Assembly (NCBI GenBank): GCA_963807405.1
Contig: CAWEBU010000009.1
Location: forward strand, 881,068-945,067
Source: an uncultured Acidobacteriota bacterium
GTDB lineage: Bacteria; Acidobacteriota; Vicinamibacteria; Vicinamibacterales; UBA2999
Direction: 5' to 3'
DNA: 64,000 nucleotides
The translations under genes were made by a program, and so were the position numbers. Shown here piece by piece: positions 1 to 8,965 of the stretch (positions within the stretch are counted from its first letter, which is position 1; every line of letters begins with the position of its first letter). The notes below the pieces were generated by a model. It ran no database searches, had not been told where the DNA came from, and saw only the letters and a list, made by a program, of their open reading frames with translations.

Positions 1-1182
1 CTGTCGATGTTCTTCCTGACCTCGTACGCGGTGCTGAATCTCTCGGCCGGAATCGAGGGGCTGATTGGCGGTCCGGCCTGGCGTCCGAGCTTCGGCGTGC
101 CGTGGTGGGTGTCGATCCTGGGCTTCGTGGCGTGCGTGGCCGCGATGCTGATGATCGACCCCGGCTCGACGTTCGTGGCCCTGCTCGTCACCGGCGTCAT
201 CTATCACGCGGTGCGGCGGCGCAGCCTGAACGCGCAGTGGGGCGACGTCCGCTACGGCGCGCTCATCCTCATGGCGCGCTTCGCCCTCGACGGGCTGTCG
301 CGGCGCCGTCCCAACGCCCGGTCGTGGAATCCGAACGTGCTGGCGCTGACCGGCGTACCCACCTCCCGCTGGCACCTCGTCGTCATCGCCCGCGCCCTGG
401 CCGGCGAGGCCGGGCTGCTGACGGTGGCGACGGTGCTTCCCGAGTCGCAGAACGGCGGCCAGGAACGCATCGATGGCACCCGGCGCGCCATCGCAGGGCA
501 CCTGGTCTCGAACAAGATCTCGGCCCTGGTCAAGGTGGTGACCGATGCCGACGTGCTCGAAGGGCTGATGTCGCTGGTCAAGTCGTACGGCTTCGGGCCG
601 CTGACGCCGAACACGGTGGTGCTCGGCAAGTCGGAGGCGTCGGTCGATCCGGAGCGGCATGCCGAACTGCTGCTGGCCATCCAACGCCGCAAGCTCAATC
701 TGATCGTCGTCCACGAAGGCGAGGATTTGCCGGTGCTCGCACGGGCCCGGCGCATCGACATCTGGTGGCGCGGCCTGCGCGACAACCTCGGGCTGATGCT
801 CGCCCTGGCCTTCCTGCTCAAGAAGCAGCCGGCGTGGGCCGGGGCCGATGTCGTCGTCTGGCAGATCGTGGACAGCGAGGACGAGGTGGCGCCGGCCGCC
901 GACCAGTTGCGCAAGACCACCGCCAACGCCCGTTTCGACGCCAAGGTGATGGTCGTGTGCGAGACCGAGCCCGCCCATGCCTTCCGGGCGATCCGCCGTC
1001 ACTCGCGTCAGGCCGACCTGCTGTTCCTCGGCCTGCGCACACCGGAACCCGAGGAGAGCGGCCACGACTACGCGGCGTATTACGCGAACCTCGTGACCCA
1101 GACCGAGGGGTTGCCGCCCACCGTGCTGGTCGCGGCCAGCGAGCCCGTCGATCTGCACCGTCTCTTCGTCGCCGGCGTGTGA
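1..1182 (+). CDS. SLC12/cation-chloride cotransporter-like amino acid permease family protein, C-terminal part (5' end outside window)
   Basis: Frame open from base 1. TM segment 'MFFLTSYAVLN...WRPSF', then cytoplasmic tail motifs 'WNPNVL', 'GFGPLTPNTVVLG', 'IDIWW' and 'GLMLALAFLL' typical of CCC C-terminal domains. Confidence 0.75.
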   Translation: MSMFFLTSYAVLNLSAGIEGLIGGPAWRPSFGVPWWVSILGFVACVAAMLMIDPGSTFVALLVTGVIYHAVRRRSLNAQWGDVRYGALILMARFALDGLSRRRPNARSWNPNVLALTGVPTSRWHLVVIARALAGEAGLLTVATVLPESQNGGQERIDGTRRAIAGHLVSNKISALVKVVTDADVLEGLMSLVKSYGFGPLTPNTVVLGKSEASVDPERHAELLLAIQRRKLNLIVVHEGEDLPVLARARRIDIWWRGLRDNLGLMLALAFLLKKQPAWAGADVVVWQIVDSEDEVAPAADQLRKTTANARFDAKVMVVCETEPAHAFRAIRRHSRQADLLFLGLRTPEPEESGHDYAAYYANLVTQTEGLPPTVLVAASEPVDLHRLFVAGV

Positions 1183-1305
1183 CCCTCCTGGCGCGGTCGC
1201 GACCGGTCGCCGCCAGTGGCGATATCTCGTCAATCGGCTGGACTTCCCGCCCGGACCGTGGCGAAATCGACATGAATACCGGGGGCAACGCCCTCTGAGC
1301 CCGCC

Positions 1306-1321
1306 CGGCACCGCCATTGCA
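1306..1321 (+). promoter_or_regulatory. Putative sigma-54 (-24/-12) promoter upstream of glgB
   Basis: CGGCAC-CGCCA-TTGCA matches YGGCAC-N5-TTGCW with exact spacing; a near-identical copy lies at 8667-8682. Confidence 0.65.
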
Positions 1322-1448
1322 CTACCGGAGTCGTGCTGAACATGCTCACGCCGCTCTTTGTGTCGCTGCCCGACGGTCCCCTCCGGCGGCGCCACGCCTC
1401 CGCGTTCGTCCGCTTTGCGTCCCCGTCGGTTCGCCGCAGGAGTGCCTC

Positions 1449-3377
1449 ATGAGCAAACGCCAGGAGCCGCCGGCCGCCATCAGTCCCTTCGATCTCCATC
1501 TGCTCGCCGAGGGCACCCACTACCGCAGCTTCGAGAAGCTCGGGGCCCACGTGGCCGAGCGGGACGGCACCGCCGGTGTGCACTTCGCCGTCTGGGCGCC
1601 CAACGCCGGGCGGGTCGATGTCATCGGCGACTTCAACGGCTGGAAGGCCGGCGCCACGCCGCTGTCGCTGCGCCCCGAAGCCAGCGTGTGGGAGGGCTTC
1701 GTGCCCGGCCTCGCCGCCGGCGAGACCTACAAGTACCGCATCGAGTCGCGCTTCAACGGCTACGTGGCCGAGCGGGCCGATCCCTACGGCTTCGGGGCCG
1801 AGGTCCGGCCGAAGACGGCGTCGAAGGTGGTCGACCTCGAGGGCTTCACCTGGACCGACGACGCGTGGATGACGGCGCGGGCGAAGGGCGACGTGCTGGC
1901 GGCGCCGGTCTCGATCTACGAGGTCCACCTCGGCTCGTGGCGCCGCGCGCCGGACGACGACAACCGCTGGCTCACCTATCGCGAGATGGCGCCCCTGCTG
2001 GCCAGCTACGCCCGCGACATGGGCTACACCCACGTCGAGCTGTTGCCCATCACCGAGCACCCGTTCGACGGCTCGTGGGGCTACCAGACGGTCGGCTACT
2101 ACGCGCCGACCAGCCGCTTCGGCTCGCCGCACGACTTCATGTTCCTCGTCGACACGCTGCACGCGGCCGGCCTCGGCGTGCTGCTCGACTGGGTGCCGGC
2201 CCACTTCCCGCACGACGCGCACGGGCTCGGCTTCTTCGACGGCACGCACCTCTACGAGCACGCCGATCCGCGCCAGGGCCACCATCCCGACTGGGATACC
2301 CTCGTCTTCAACTACGGCCGGACCGAGGTCAAGAACTTCCTGATCAGCAACGCGCTTTTCTGGCTGGAGAAGTACCATCTCGACGGCCTGCGCGTGGATG
2401 CCGTGGCCTCGATGCTGTACCTGGATTACGGGCGTCGCGAGGGCGCCTGGATTCCCAACCAGTTCGGCGGCCGGGAGAACCTGGAGGCGGTGGCGTTCCT
2501 GCGCGAACTGAACACGGTGGTGTACCGTGAGCATCCCGGTGTCATCATGGCGGCCGAAGAGTCCACGTCGTGGCCGATGGTGTCCCGGCCGACGTATCTC
2601 GGCGGGCTCGGCTTCGGTCTCAAGTGGAACATGGGTTGGATGCACGACATGCTCGACTACACCTCACTCGATCCGGTCTACCGCAGTCACCATCACCACC
2701 GGTTGACGTTCAGCCTGGTCTACGCCTTCAGCGAGAACTTCATGCTGCCGTTCTCGCACGACGAGGTGGTGCACGGGAAGCGGTCGATGCTCGAGAAGAT
2801 GCCGGGCGACGACTGGCAGAAGTTCGCCAACCTGCGCCTCCTCTACGGCTATCAGTTCGGGCATCCCGGCAAGAAGCTGCAGTTCATGGGCGACGAGTTC
2901 GGGCAGCGCCGGGAGTGGAATCACGATGCCAGTCTCGACTGGCACCTCACCGACGAGCCGCTGCACGCCGGCCTCCAGCGCTGGGTGCGTGACCTCAATC
3001 ACCTCTACCGCGAGGCGGCGCCGCTCAGCACGCGTGACTTCGACCAGGCCGGCTTCGAGTGGATCGACTGCAACGACAGCCAGCGCAGCCTGATCAGCTT
3101 CATCCGCCGCGGCCACGACCCGGATGACGTCCTGCTGTTCGTCTGCAACTTCACGCCGGTGCCGCGCCACGGCGAGCCGATCGGGGTGCCGACCGGCGGC
3201 TACTGGCGCGAGGTGCTCAACAGCGACGGCGCCGAGTACGGCGGCGGCGGCGTCGGCAACGCCGGCGGCGTCACCGCCGTCGAGGCGTCGCAGCACGGCC
3301 GGCCGTTCCGTCTCGACCTGGTCGTGCCCCCGCTGGGCATCGTCGTCCTGCGATCCGGCGGAGCGCATCCTTCATGA
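1449..3377 (+). CDS. glgB: 1,4-alpha-glucan branching enzyme (GH13)
   Basis: Motifs [43 protein letters not shown] and [12 protein letters not shown] at 1449 follows a GGAG RBS. Confidence 0.95.
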   Translation: MSKRQEPPAAISPFDLHLLAEGTHYRSFEKLGAHVAERDGTAGVHFAVWAPNAGRVDVIGDFNGWKAGATPLSLRPEASVWEGFVPGLAAGETYKYRIESRFNGYVAERADPYGFGAEVRPKTASKVVDLEGFTWTDDAWMTARAKGDVLAAPVSIYEVHLGSWRRAPDDDNRWLTYREMAPLLASYARDMGYTHVELLPITEHPFDGSWGYQTVGYYAPTSRFGSPHDFMFLVDTLHAAGLGVLLDWVPAHFPHDAHGLGFFDGTHLYEHADPRQGHHPDWDTLVFNYGRTEVKNFLISNALFWLEKYHLDGLRVDAVASMLYLDYGRREGAWIPNQFGGRENLEAVAFLRELNTVVYREHPGVIMAAEESTSWPMVSRPTYLGGLGFGLKWNMGWMHDMLDYTSLDPVYRSHHHHRLTFSLVYAFSENFMLPFSHDEVVHGKRSMLEKMPGDDWQKFANLRLLYGYQFGHPGKKLQFMGDEFGQRREWNHDASLDWHLTDEPLHAGLQRWVRDLNHLYREAAPLSTRDFDQAGFEWIDCNDSQRSLISFIRRGHDPDDVLLFVCNFTPVPRHGEPIGVPTGGYWREVLNSDGAEYGGGGVGNAGGVTAVEASQHGRPFRLDLVVPPLGIVVLRSGGAHPS

Positions 3378-5020
3378 ACACGGCGCCGATGAACCAGCCG
3401 TTCTGGTACCGCGACGCGGTCTTCTACCAGCTGCACGTCAAGACGTTCTGCGACAGCGACGGCGACGGCGTCGGCGACTTCCGCGGGCTGACCAGCAAGC
3501 TCGACTACCTGGCCGCCCTCGGCGTCGACTGCCTGTGGCTGCTGCCGACCTTCCCGTCGCCGTTCCGCGACGACGGCTACGACATCGCCGACTACTACTC
3601 GATCCACCCGGGCTACGGCACGCTCGAGGACTTCCGCGTGTTCCTCGAAGCCGCGCACGCGCGCGGTCTCAAGGTCATCACCGAGCTCGTCACCAACCAC
3701 ACCTCGGATCGCCATCCGTGGTTCCAGGAAGCGCGCAGCTCCCCCGACAATCCGCGCCGCGACTGGTACGTGTGGAGTGACAGCGACGAGAAGTACCAGG
3801 GCGTCCGCATCATCTTCCTCGACACGGAGGCCTCCAACTGGGCCTGGGATCCGGTCTCGAAGGCCTACTACTGGCACCGCTTCTTCAGCCACCAGCCGGA
3901 CCTGAACTACGACAACCCGGCGGTCCGCGAAGAGATGTGGAACGTGATGAAGTACTGGCTGGACATGGGGGTCGACGGCTTCCGCGTCGATGCCGTGCCC
4001 TACCTGATCGAGCGCGAAGGCACCTCGTGCGAGAACCTGCCCGAGACGCACGAAGTGCTGAAGTTCCTGCGCCAGCGGCTCGACGAGAACTACACCGGCA
4101 AGGTTCTGCTGGCGGAAGCCAACCAGTGGCCCGAGGACGTGCGCCCGTACTTCGGCGACGGCGACGAGTTCCACATGGCGTTCCATTTCCCGCTCATGCC
4201 GCGCATGTTCATGGCGCTGCGGCTCGAGGATCGCAAGCCGATCGTCGAGATCCTGGAGCGGACGCCGGTGATTCCCGAGGCCTGCCAGTGGGGCATCTTC
4301 CTGCGCAACCACGACGAGCTGACGCTCGAGATGGTGACGGCGGAAGAGCGCGACTACATGTACGACGAGTACGCCCGCGACAAGGTGGCGCGCATCAACC
4401 TCGGCATCCGCCGGCGCCTGGCGCCGCTGCTCGACGGCGACCGCCGCCGCATCGAGCTGATGAACGGACTGCTGATGTCGCTGCCCGGCAGCCCGATCGT
4501 CTACTACGGTGACGAAATCGGGATGGGCGACAACATCTACCTCGGCGACCGCAACGGCGTGCGCACGCCGATGCAGTGGAACGGCGGCTGGAATGCCGGC
4601 TTCTCGCCGGCCGACCCCGAGCGGCTGGCCTTCGCGATGATCTCCAACGCGGTCTACGGCTACCAGGCGGTCAACGTCGCCGCGCAGGAGCGCAACGACC
4701 ACTCGCTCCTGAACTGGATGCGGCGCCTGATCCGCGTCCGCCGGTCGACCAACGTCTTCAGCCGCGGATCGCTGACGTTCCTGCGGCCGAAGAACCACCG
4801 GGTGCTGGCCTACATCCGTGAGCTCGACGGCCAGCGCGTGCTCGTCGTCAACAACCTTGCCGGCAGCGTGCAGGCGGTGGAGCTCGATTTGACGTCGCTC
4901 GCCGGGCTGGTGCCCATCGAGATGTTCGGCCACAGCGTGTTCCCGCGGATCGGCGAGCTGCCGTACCTGCTGACGCTGGGACCGTATGACTTCTACTGGT
5001 TCAGGCTTCGCCGTGTTTAG
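3374..5020 (+). CDS. treS: Trehalose synthase (maltose alpha-D-glucosyltransferase)
   Basis: [41 protein letters not shown] and [14 protein letters not shown]; ATGA overlap with the glgB stop. Confidence 0.95.
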   Translation: MNTAPMNQPFWYRDAVFYQLHVKTFCDSDGDGVGDFRGLTSKLDYLAALGVDCLWLLPTFPSPFRDDGYDIADYYSIHPGYGTLEDFRVFLEAAHARGLKVITELVTNHTSDRHPWFQEARSSPDNPRRDWYVWSDSDEKYQGVRIIFLDTEASNWAWDPVSKAYYWHRFFSHQPDLNYDNPAVREEMWNVMKYWLDMGVDGFRVDAVPYLIEREGTSCENLPETHEVLKFLRQRLDENYTGKVLLAEANQWPEDVRPYFGDGDEFHMAFHFPLMPRMFMALRLEDRKPIVEILERTPVIPEACQWGIFLRNHDELTLEMVTAEERDYMYDEYARDKVARINLGIRRRLAPLLDGDRRRIELMNGLLMSLPGSPIVYYGDEIGMGDNIYLGDRNGVRTPMQWNGGWNAGFSPADPERLAFAMISNAVYGYQAVNVAAQERNDHSLLNWMRRLIRVRRSTNVFSRGSLTFLRPKNHRVLAYIRELDGQRVLVVNNLAGSVQAVELDLTSLAGLVPIEMFGHSVFPRIGELPYLLTLGPYDFYWFRLRRV

Positions 5021-5043
5021 CCGTCGCGCTTCGTCTCGGCGGC

Positions 5044-6330
5044 GTGCAGGGAGTGGTGAGTGTGGCAGACGATAGTCTGATCCCGGACGACCTGCTCAGG
5101 CAGATCATCGGCGTCGGGCAGGTGGACCTGCTCGTGGGCTTGCCGACCAGCGATCTCGGCGACGGTGTCGCCGAGGCGGTGCAGGCGGTCCGCGGCTGTT
5201 TTCGCACCTATTTTCCCCGCCTGCGCACGGCGTTGCTGAACGTCGACCGCGGCTCGAGCGACGGCACGCTGGAGGCGGTGCAGCACCACTGGTCCGCCGG
5301 CTTGACCGCGGCGGTCGGGGCGAGCGGCCTGCGGACGACGCACTGCATGACGACCTCGGGCGCCGGCTGGACCGAGGGCGACACGGCCACCCGCTGCGTG
5401 CTGGCCGCCGGCGACCTCCTGCAGGCCGGCACCGTCGTGGTGCTCGACACCGACGTCGAGGGCCTGACGCCGACGTGGGTGGCGGCGCTGGCGGCGGGCG
5501 TGCGCGACAGCCAGGTCGATCTCGTGGCGCCGGTCTACCGCCGCCACGCCACCGAAGGCTCGCTCGTGACGCAGCTCGTGCGGCCGCTGACCCGCGCCGT
5601 GTTCGGCCGGCAGCTGCGCGAGCCGCTGCTCGGCGAGTTCGGCTGCTCGGGGCGCTTCGCCGCCCGCTGCACCCAGGCCGGCTGGGACGCGACACCGGCG
5701 CAGCGCGGCACCAGCTACTGGATCACGGGCGAGGCCTTCGGCGGTGACTTCGCGGTGCGGCAGGCCGATCTCGGCTGGCGGCGGCTGCGGGCGAACCGGC
5801 GCAAGACCGCGCTCGCCGACGTGTTCCGGCAGGTGGTCGGCTCGGCGTTCGCCACCATCGAGGCGCAGGCCGCCTCCTGGACCACCGTGACCGGTGACAC
5901 CGAGGTGCCGCTGGTGGGAGCGCCGCCGCCCGACACCGACCACGGAGCGGCCCCCGAATTCGACGGGACCCACCTGCTCGAGACCTTCGCGCACGACGTC
6001 GAGGCGCTCGACGAGATCCTGCGGCGCATTCTCTCGCCGGCGACGCTGGCCGCGGTGCGCGAAGGCAGCCGGGCCACGACGCCGCAGTTTCCGACGGAGA
6101 TCTGGGCGGCCACGGTGACCGAGTTCCTCGTGGCCTACCACCACGGCGTGATGCACCGCGATCACATCGCGCAGGCGTTGCTGCCGCTCTACACCGCCAG
6201 AACAGGGGTCTTCCTCCTGGAGCATGGCCACGACACGCCTGATGCCCTCGAGGCCGCCGGCGAAGACGTGTGCCGCGCGTTCGAGGGGCTCAGGACGACA
6301 ATCATGGAGCGCTGGCAGCAGCCAGCATGA
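5044..6330 (+). CDS. GT-A fold glycosyltransferase-like protein (resembles glucosylglycerate synthase family)
   Basis: 'DLLVGLP', 'DRGSSDGT', DxD-like 'LDTD' and 'APVYRRH..EG..VTQLVRPLTRAVFGRQLREPLLGEFG'. Start uncertain (GTG at 5044 or slightly downstream). Confidence 0.6.
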   Translation: MQGVVSVADDSLIPDDLLRQIIGVGQVDLLVGLPTSDLGDGVAEAVQAVRGCFRTYFPRLRTALLNVDRGSSDGTLEAVQHHWSAGLTAAVGASGLRTTHCMTTSGAGWTEGDTATRCVLAAGDLLQAGTVVVLDTDVEGLTPTWVAALAAGVRDSQVDLVAPVYRRHATEGSLVTQLVRPLTRAVFGRQLREPLLGEFGCSGRFAARCTQAGWDATPAQRGTSYWITGEAFGGDFAVRQADLGWRRLRANRRKTALADVFRQVVGSAFATIEAQAASWTTVTGDTEVPLVGAPPPDTDHGAAPEFDGTHLLETFAHDVEALDEILRRILSPATLAAVREGSRATTPQFPTEIWAATVTEFLVAYHHGVMHRDHIAQALLPLYTARTGVFLLEHGHDTPDALEAAGEDVCRAFEGLRTTIMERWQQPA

Positions 6331-7040
6331 GGGTGCACATGGGCGAGATGGTGCTTGAGGCAATTCAACAGGCGAGCACGAACTTCCTGCGCACGGCCGC
6401 CGAGCTGGTGCCGCGGGCGGTCGTGACGATCAGCCTCGTCCTGGTCGGCTGGATCATCGCGGCGCTGCTGAAGCGCCTGACCCGGTTGATCCTGACGCGC
6501 ACCGGCTTCGCGCGTCTCAGCGAGCGCCAGGGGCTGGCCGAGGCGTTGCGGAACGCCGATCTCCCGCCGGCCGAGGTCATCGTGTCGTCGCTGGTCTTCT
6601 GGGTGGTGTGGCTGGGCTTCGTGCTCTCGGGCGTCGACGTGCTCGGGTTCTCGGCTCTCCAGGGCCTGGTGCGGGAGTTCGCGCTGTTCGTGCCACGCCT
6701 GCTGGTCGGCCTGGTGATCGTCGTCGTCGGCCTGGTCGTGTCGAACGTGGCCTGGCGGGCCACCCTGCTCGGCGCGGTCAATGCCAAGCTGCCATCGCCG
6801 CGGGCGCTGGCCGGGACCGTGCGCGCGCTCGGCCTCATCCTGACGGTGGCCATGGCGCTCGACCATCTCGCTGTCGCCCGGACGATCGTGCTCACCGCGT
6901 TCGCGATCGCCTTCGGCGCGGTCATGCTCGGCATGGCGATTGCCTTCGGGGTCGGCGGCGGGGGCGTGGCCCGCCGCATCCTCGATCACTGGTTCCCCGA
7001 GCGCACGTCTCCGCCGAACGACGACATGGGGCACGTCTGA
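6327..7040 (+). CDS. CmpX-like / MscS-type conserved TM-helix membrane protein
   Basis: Repeated 'vPRl...l.l.vG.i.' TM-helix units and C-terminal 'AIAFGVGGG'; overlaps both flanking genes. Confidence 0.65.
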   Translation: MRVHMGEMVLEAIQQASTNFLRTAAELVPRAVVTISLVLVGWIIAALLKRLTRLILTRTGFARLSERQGLAEALRNADLPPAEVIVSSLVFWVVWLGFVLSGVDVLGFSALQGLVREFALFVPRLLVGLVIVVVGLVVSNVAWRATLLGAVNAKLPSPRALAGTVRALGLILTVAMALDHLAVARTIVLTAFAIAFGAVMLGMAIAFGVGGGGVARRILDHWFPERTSPPNDDMGHV

Positions 7041-8554
7041 TGGGCGATACCCTCACGGCCGATCGCGAGCAGCTCGCCACCTGGTTCTTCGAGGAGCTGC
7101 CGCGGCATCTGCCCGCGTGGCTGCCGTCGCAGCGCTGGTTCGGTGGCAAGGCCCGCGTGATCGACACGGCGGCCGTTCGCGACGTCGTCTGGCTGCCGGC
7201 GGCGGCGCGGCCGATCGCCGTGGTCGCGGTGGACGTGCACTACGGCGAGGCGGCCCGGGGCAGCCACGATTGCTGCACGCTCGTGCTCGGCCTCTCCGAG
7301 CACGCCGCCGACGCGATTGCCGACGCCCCGGTGCCGGGCCTGCACGTGACCGACCAGGCGGCCGAGGGCGAAGCGGTCCTGGCGCTCCTGGCCGGCCTCG
7401 TCGGCGGCGGGCCCGCGGCCACCGGCCTGCGGGGCGGCACCCTCGTCTACGCCGATACCGCCCCCGCGGTCCGGCAGATGCTCTCGACGGCGGCCCCGCC
7501 GGTGGTCCGTCCCGTGGGTGTCGAGCAGAGCAACACCTCCGTGCGGGTCGGCACGACCCACGTCTTCAAGCTGTTCCGCCGGCTCGAAGCGGGGGAGCAT
7601 CCACAGCTCGAAGTGGGACGCTTCCTGGCGCAGGCCGGCTTTCTCGCCGTGCCGCGGCTCGACGGGTCCCTCGTCTATCGCGCCGCCGATGGACAGGAGT
7701 CGGCGCTGGGCGCGCTCGAGGCCTGGGTGGCCAACGAGGGCGACGGCTGGCGCTACGCGCTGGCCCGCCTCGACGCCTGCCGTCAGGACACCCACCTGCG
7801 AGCCGACCTCTACGCCGATCTCGTGGCGCTCGGCGAGACCACGGCCGACTTCCACGCCGCACTCGCGAGTGAGACCACCCTCGCGGCCTTCTCTCCCGAG
7901 CCGGTCGCCGCCGCGGACGCCGCCGCCTGGCAGCAGGCCGTGGCGGAACAAGCGGAGCGGACGTTCGCCCTGCTCGGCCAGCGGCTCAGCTCGCTGCCGG
8001 CCGAGGCCGTCCCGGTCGCCGAAGCGGTGCTGGCGGCGCGGCATCGCGCGGTGTTGACGCTGCCGTCATCGGACGAGGCCCCGACCTTCAATCGCATCCG
8101 CGTACACGGCGACTACCACCTGGGACAGACGCTGAGAACGCCGGGTGGCTTCGTCATCATCGACTTCGAGGGAGAGCCCTCGAAGCCGCTCCTCTCGCGC
8201 CGGCAGAAGCTGTGCGCGCTCAAGGACGTGGCCGGCATGCTGCGGTCGCTCGACTACGCCGCCGCCACCGCGACCATGGCCGCCGGGGCCGAGGCCGCGG
8301 AAGCCGCGCCGCTCTCGGCCATGCGTCAGGCCTTCCTCGAGGGCTACCACGCGCAGGCGAACCGCCGGGGCGGGAGTTTCCTGCCCGCGACCACCGAGGC
8401 CCGCGACGGCCTGACCGTGCTGTTCGAGCTGGAGAAGGCGCTCTACGAGGTAGAGTACGAGCTGAACAACCGGCCCACGTGGGTGCGCATTCCGCTCGCC
8501 GCGCTCGCGCGGCTGCTCGACCCTGCTGCCGAGACGGCACCCCCAGCCGTCTGA
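7040..8554 (+). CDS. mak: Maltokinase (Mak/Pep2-like, APH fold)
   Basis: QRWFGGKAR, EQSNTS, RVHGDYHLGQ, IDFEGEP, DVAGMLRSLDY and EKALYEVEYELNNRPTW. Confidence 0.88.
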   Translation: MGDTLTADREQLATWFFEELPRHLPAWLPSQRWFGGKARVIDTAAVRDVVWLPAAARPIAVVAVDVHYGEAARGSHDCCTLVLGLSEHAADAIADAPVPGLHVTDQAAEGEAVLALLAGLVGGGPAATGLRGGTLVYADTAPAVRQMLSTAAPPVVRPVGVEQSNTSVRVGTTHVFKLFRRLEAGEHPQLEVGRFLAQAGFLAVPRLDGSLVYRAADGQESALGALEAWVANEGDGWRYALARLDACRQDTHLRADLYADLVALGETTADFHAALASETTLAAFSPEPVAAADAAAWQQAVAEQAERTFALLGQRLSSLPAEAVPVAEAVLAARHRAVLTLPSSDEAPTFNRIRVHGDYHLGQTLRTPGGFVIIDFEGEPSKPLLSRRQKLCALKDVAGMLRSLDYAAATATMAAGAEAAEAAPLSAMRQAFLEGYHAQANRRGGSFLPATTEARDGLTVLFELEKALYEVEYELNNRPTWVRIPLAALARLLDPAAETAPPAV

Positions 8555-8637
8555 AAATCGCTCCCCACGCGCGGCCGGCAATCGCCACCGATCGCCACCG
8601 TCGCGACATATCGCCATCTCCCGCGTTCTTTCCTGGC

Positions 8638-8650
8638 TAAGTCATTGATT
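8638..8650 (-). promoter_or_regulatory. Putative IHF binding site
   Basis: Minus strand reads AATCAATGACTTA, a match to WATCAR-N4-TTR; it sits in an AT-rich patch just upstream of the sigma-54 motif. Confidence 0.55.
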
Positions 8651-8666
8651 TCACTGGAAATGTCGT

Positions 8667-8682
8667 CGGCACTGCCATTGCA
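8667..8682 (+). promoter_or_regulatory. Putative sigma-54 (-24/-12) promoter upstream of small gene-treZ-treY
   Basis: CGGCAC-TGCCA-TTGCA with exact GG-N10-GC spacing. Confidence 0.7.
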
Positions 8683-8710
8683 ACCTTGGATCGCACCAAG
8701 GAGACTGCCA

Positions 8711-8965
8711 ATGCCCAGCCTGAACAGTCGTCGCCACACCGTCGATCCCCACATGCCGCTGCCGGCGGATGCCATCGCCCGGCCCGCCATCGAGCGGGTC
8801 CGCGCCGAGTTCCTCGAGATGCCCGGTCTGTCGTTGACGGGCGACCAGGCTCGCCGCCTGTTCGGATTGCCGACCCGCGTCTGCGAACACGTCCTCGACC
8901 AGCTGGTGGCCGATGGCTTCCTGCGCCTGCGTCGCGGCGCCTTCACCCGTCTCGGCCAGGCATGA
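8711..8965 (+). CDS. Small hypothetical protein, possible winged-HTH
   Basis: 'RVRAEFLEMPGLSLTGDQARRLFGL....CEHVLDQLVADGFL' pattern; GGAG RBS; stop overlaps the treZ start. Confidence 0.6.
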   Translation: MPSLNSRRHTVDPHMPLPADAIARPAIERVRAEFLEMPGLSLTGDQARRLFGLPTRVCEHVLDQLVADGFLRLRRGAFTRLGQA

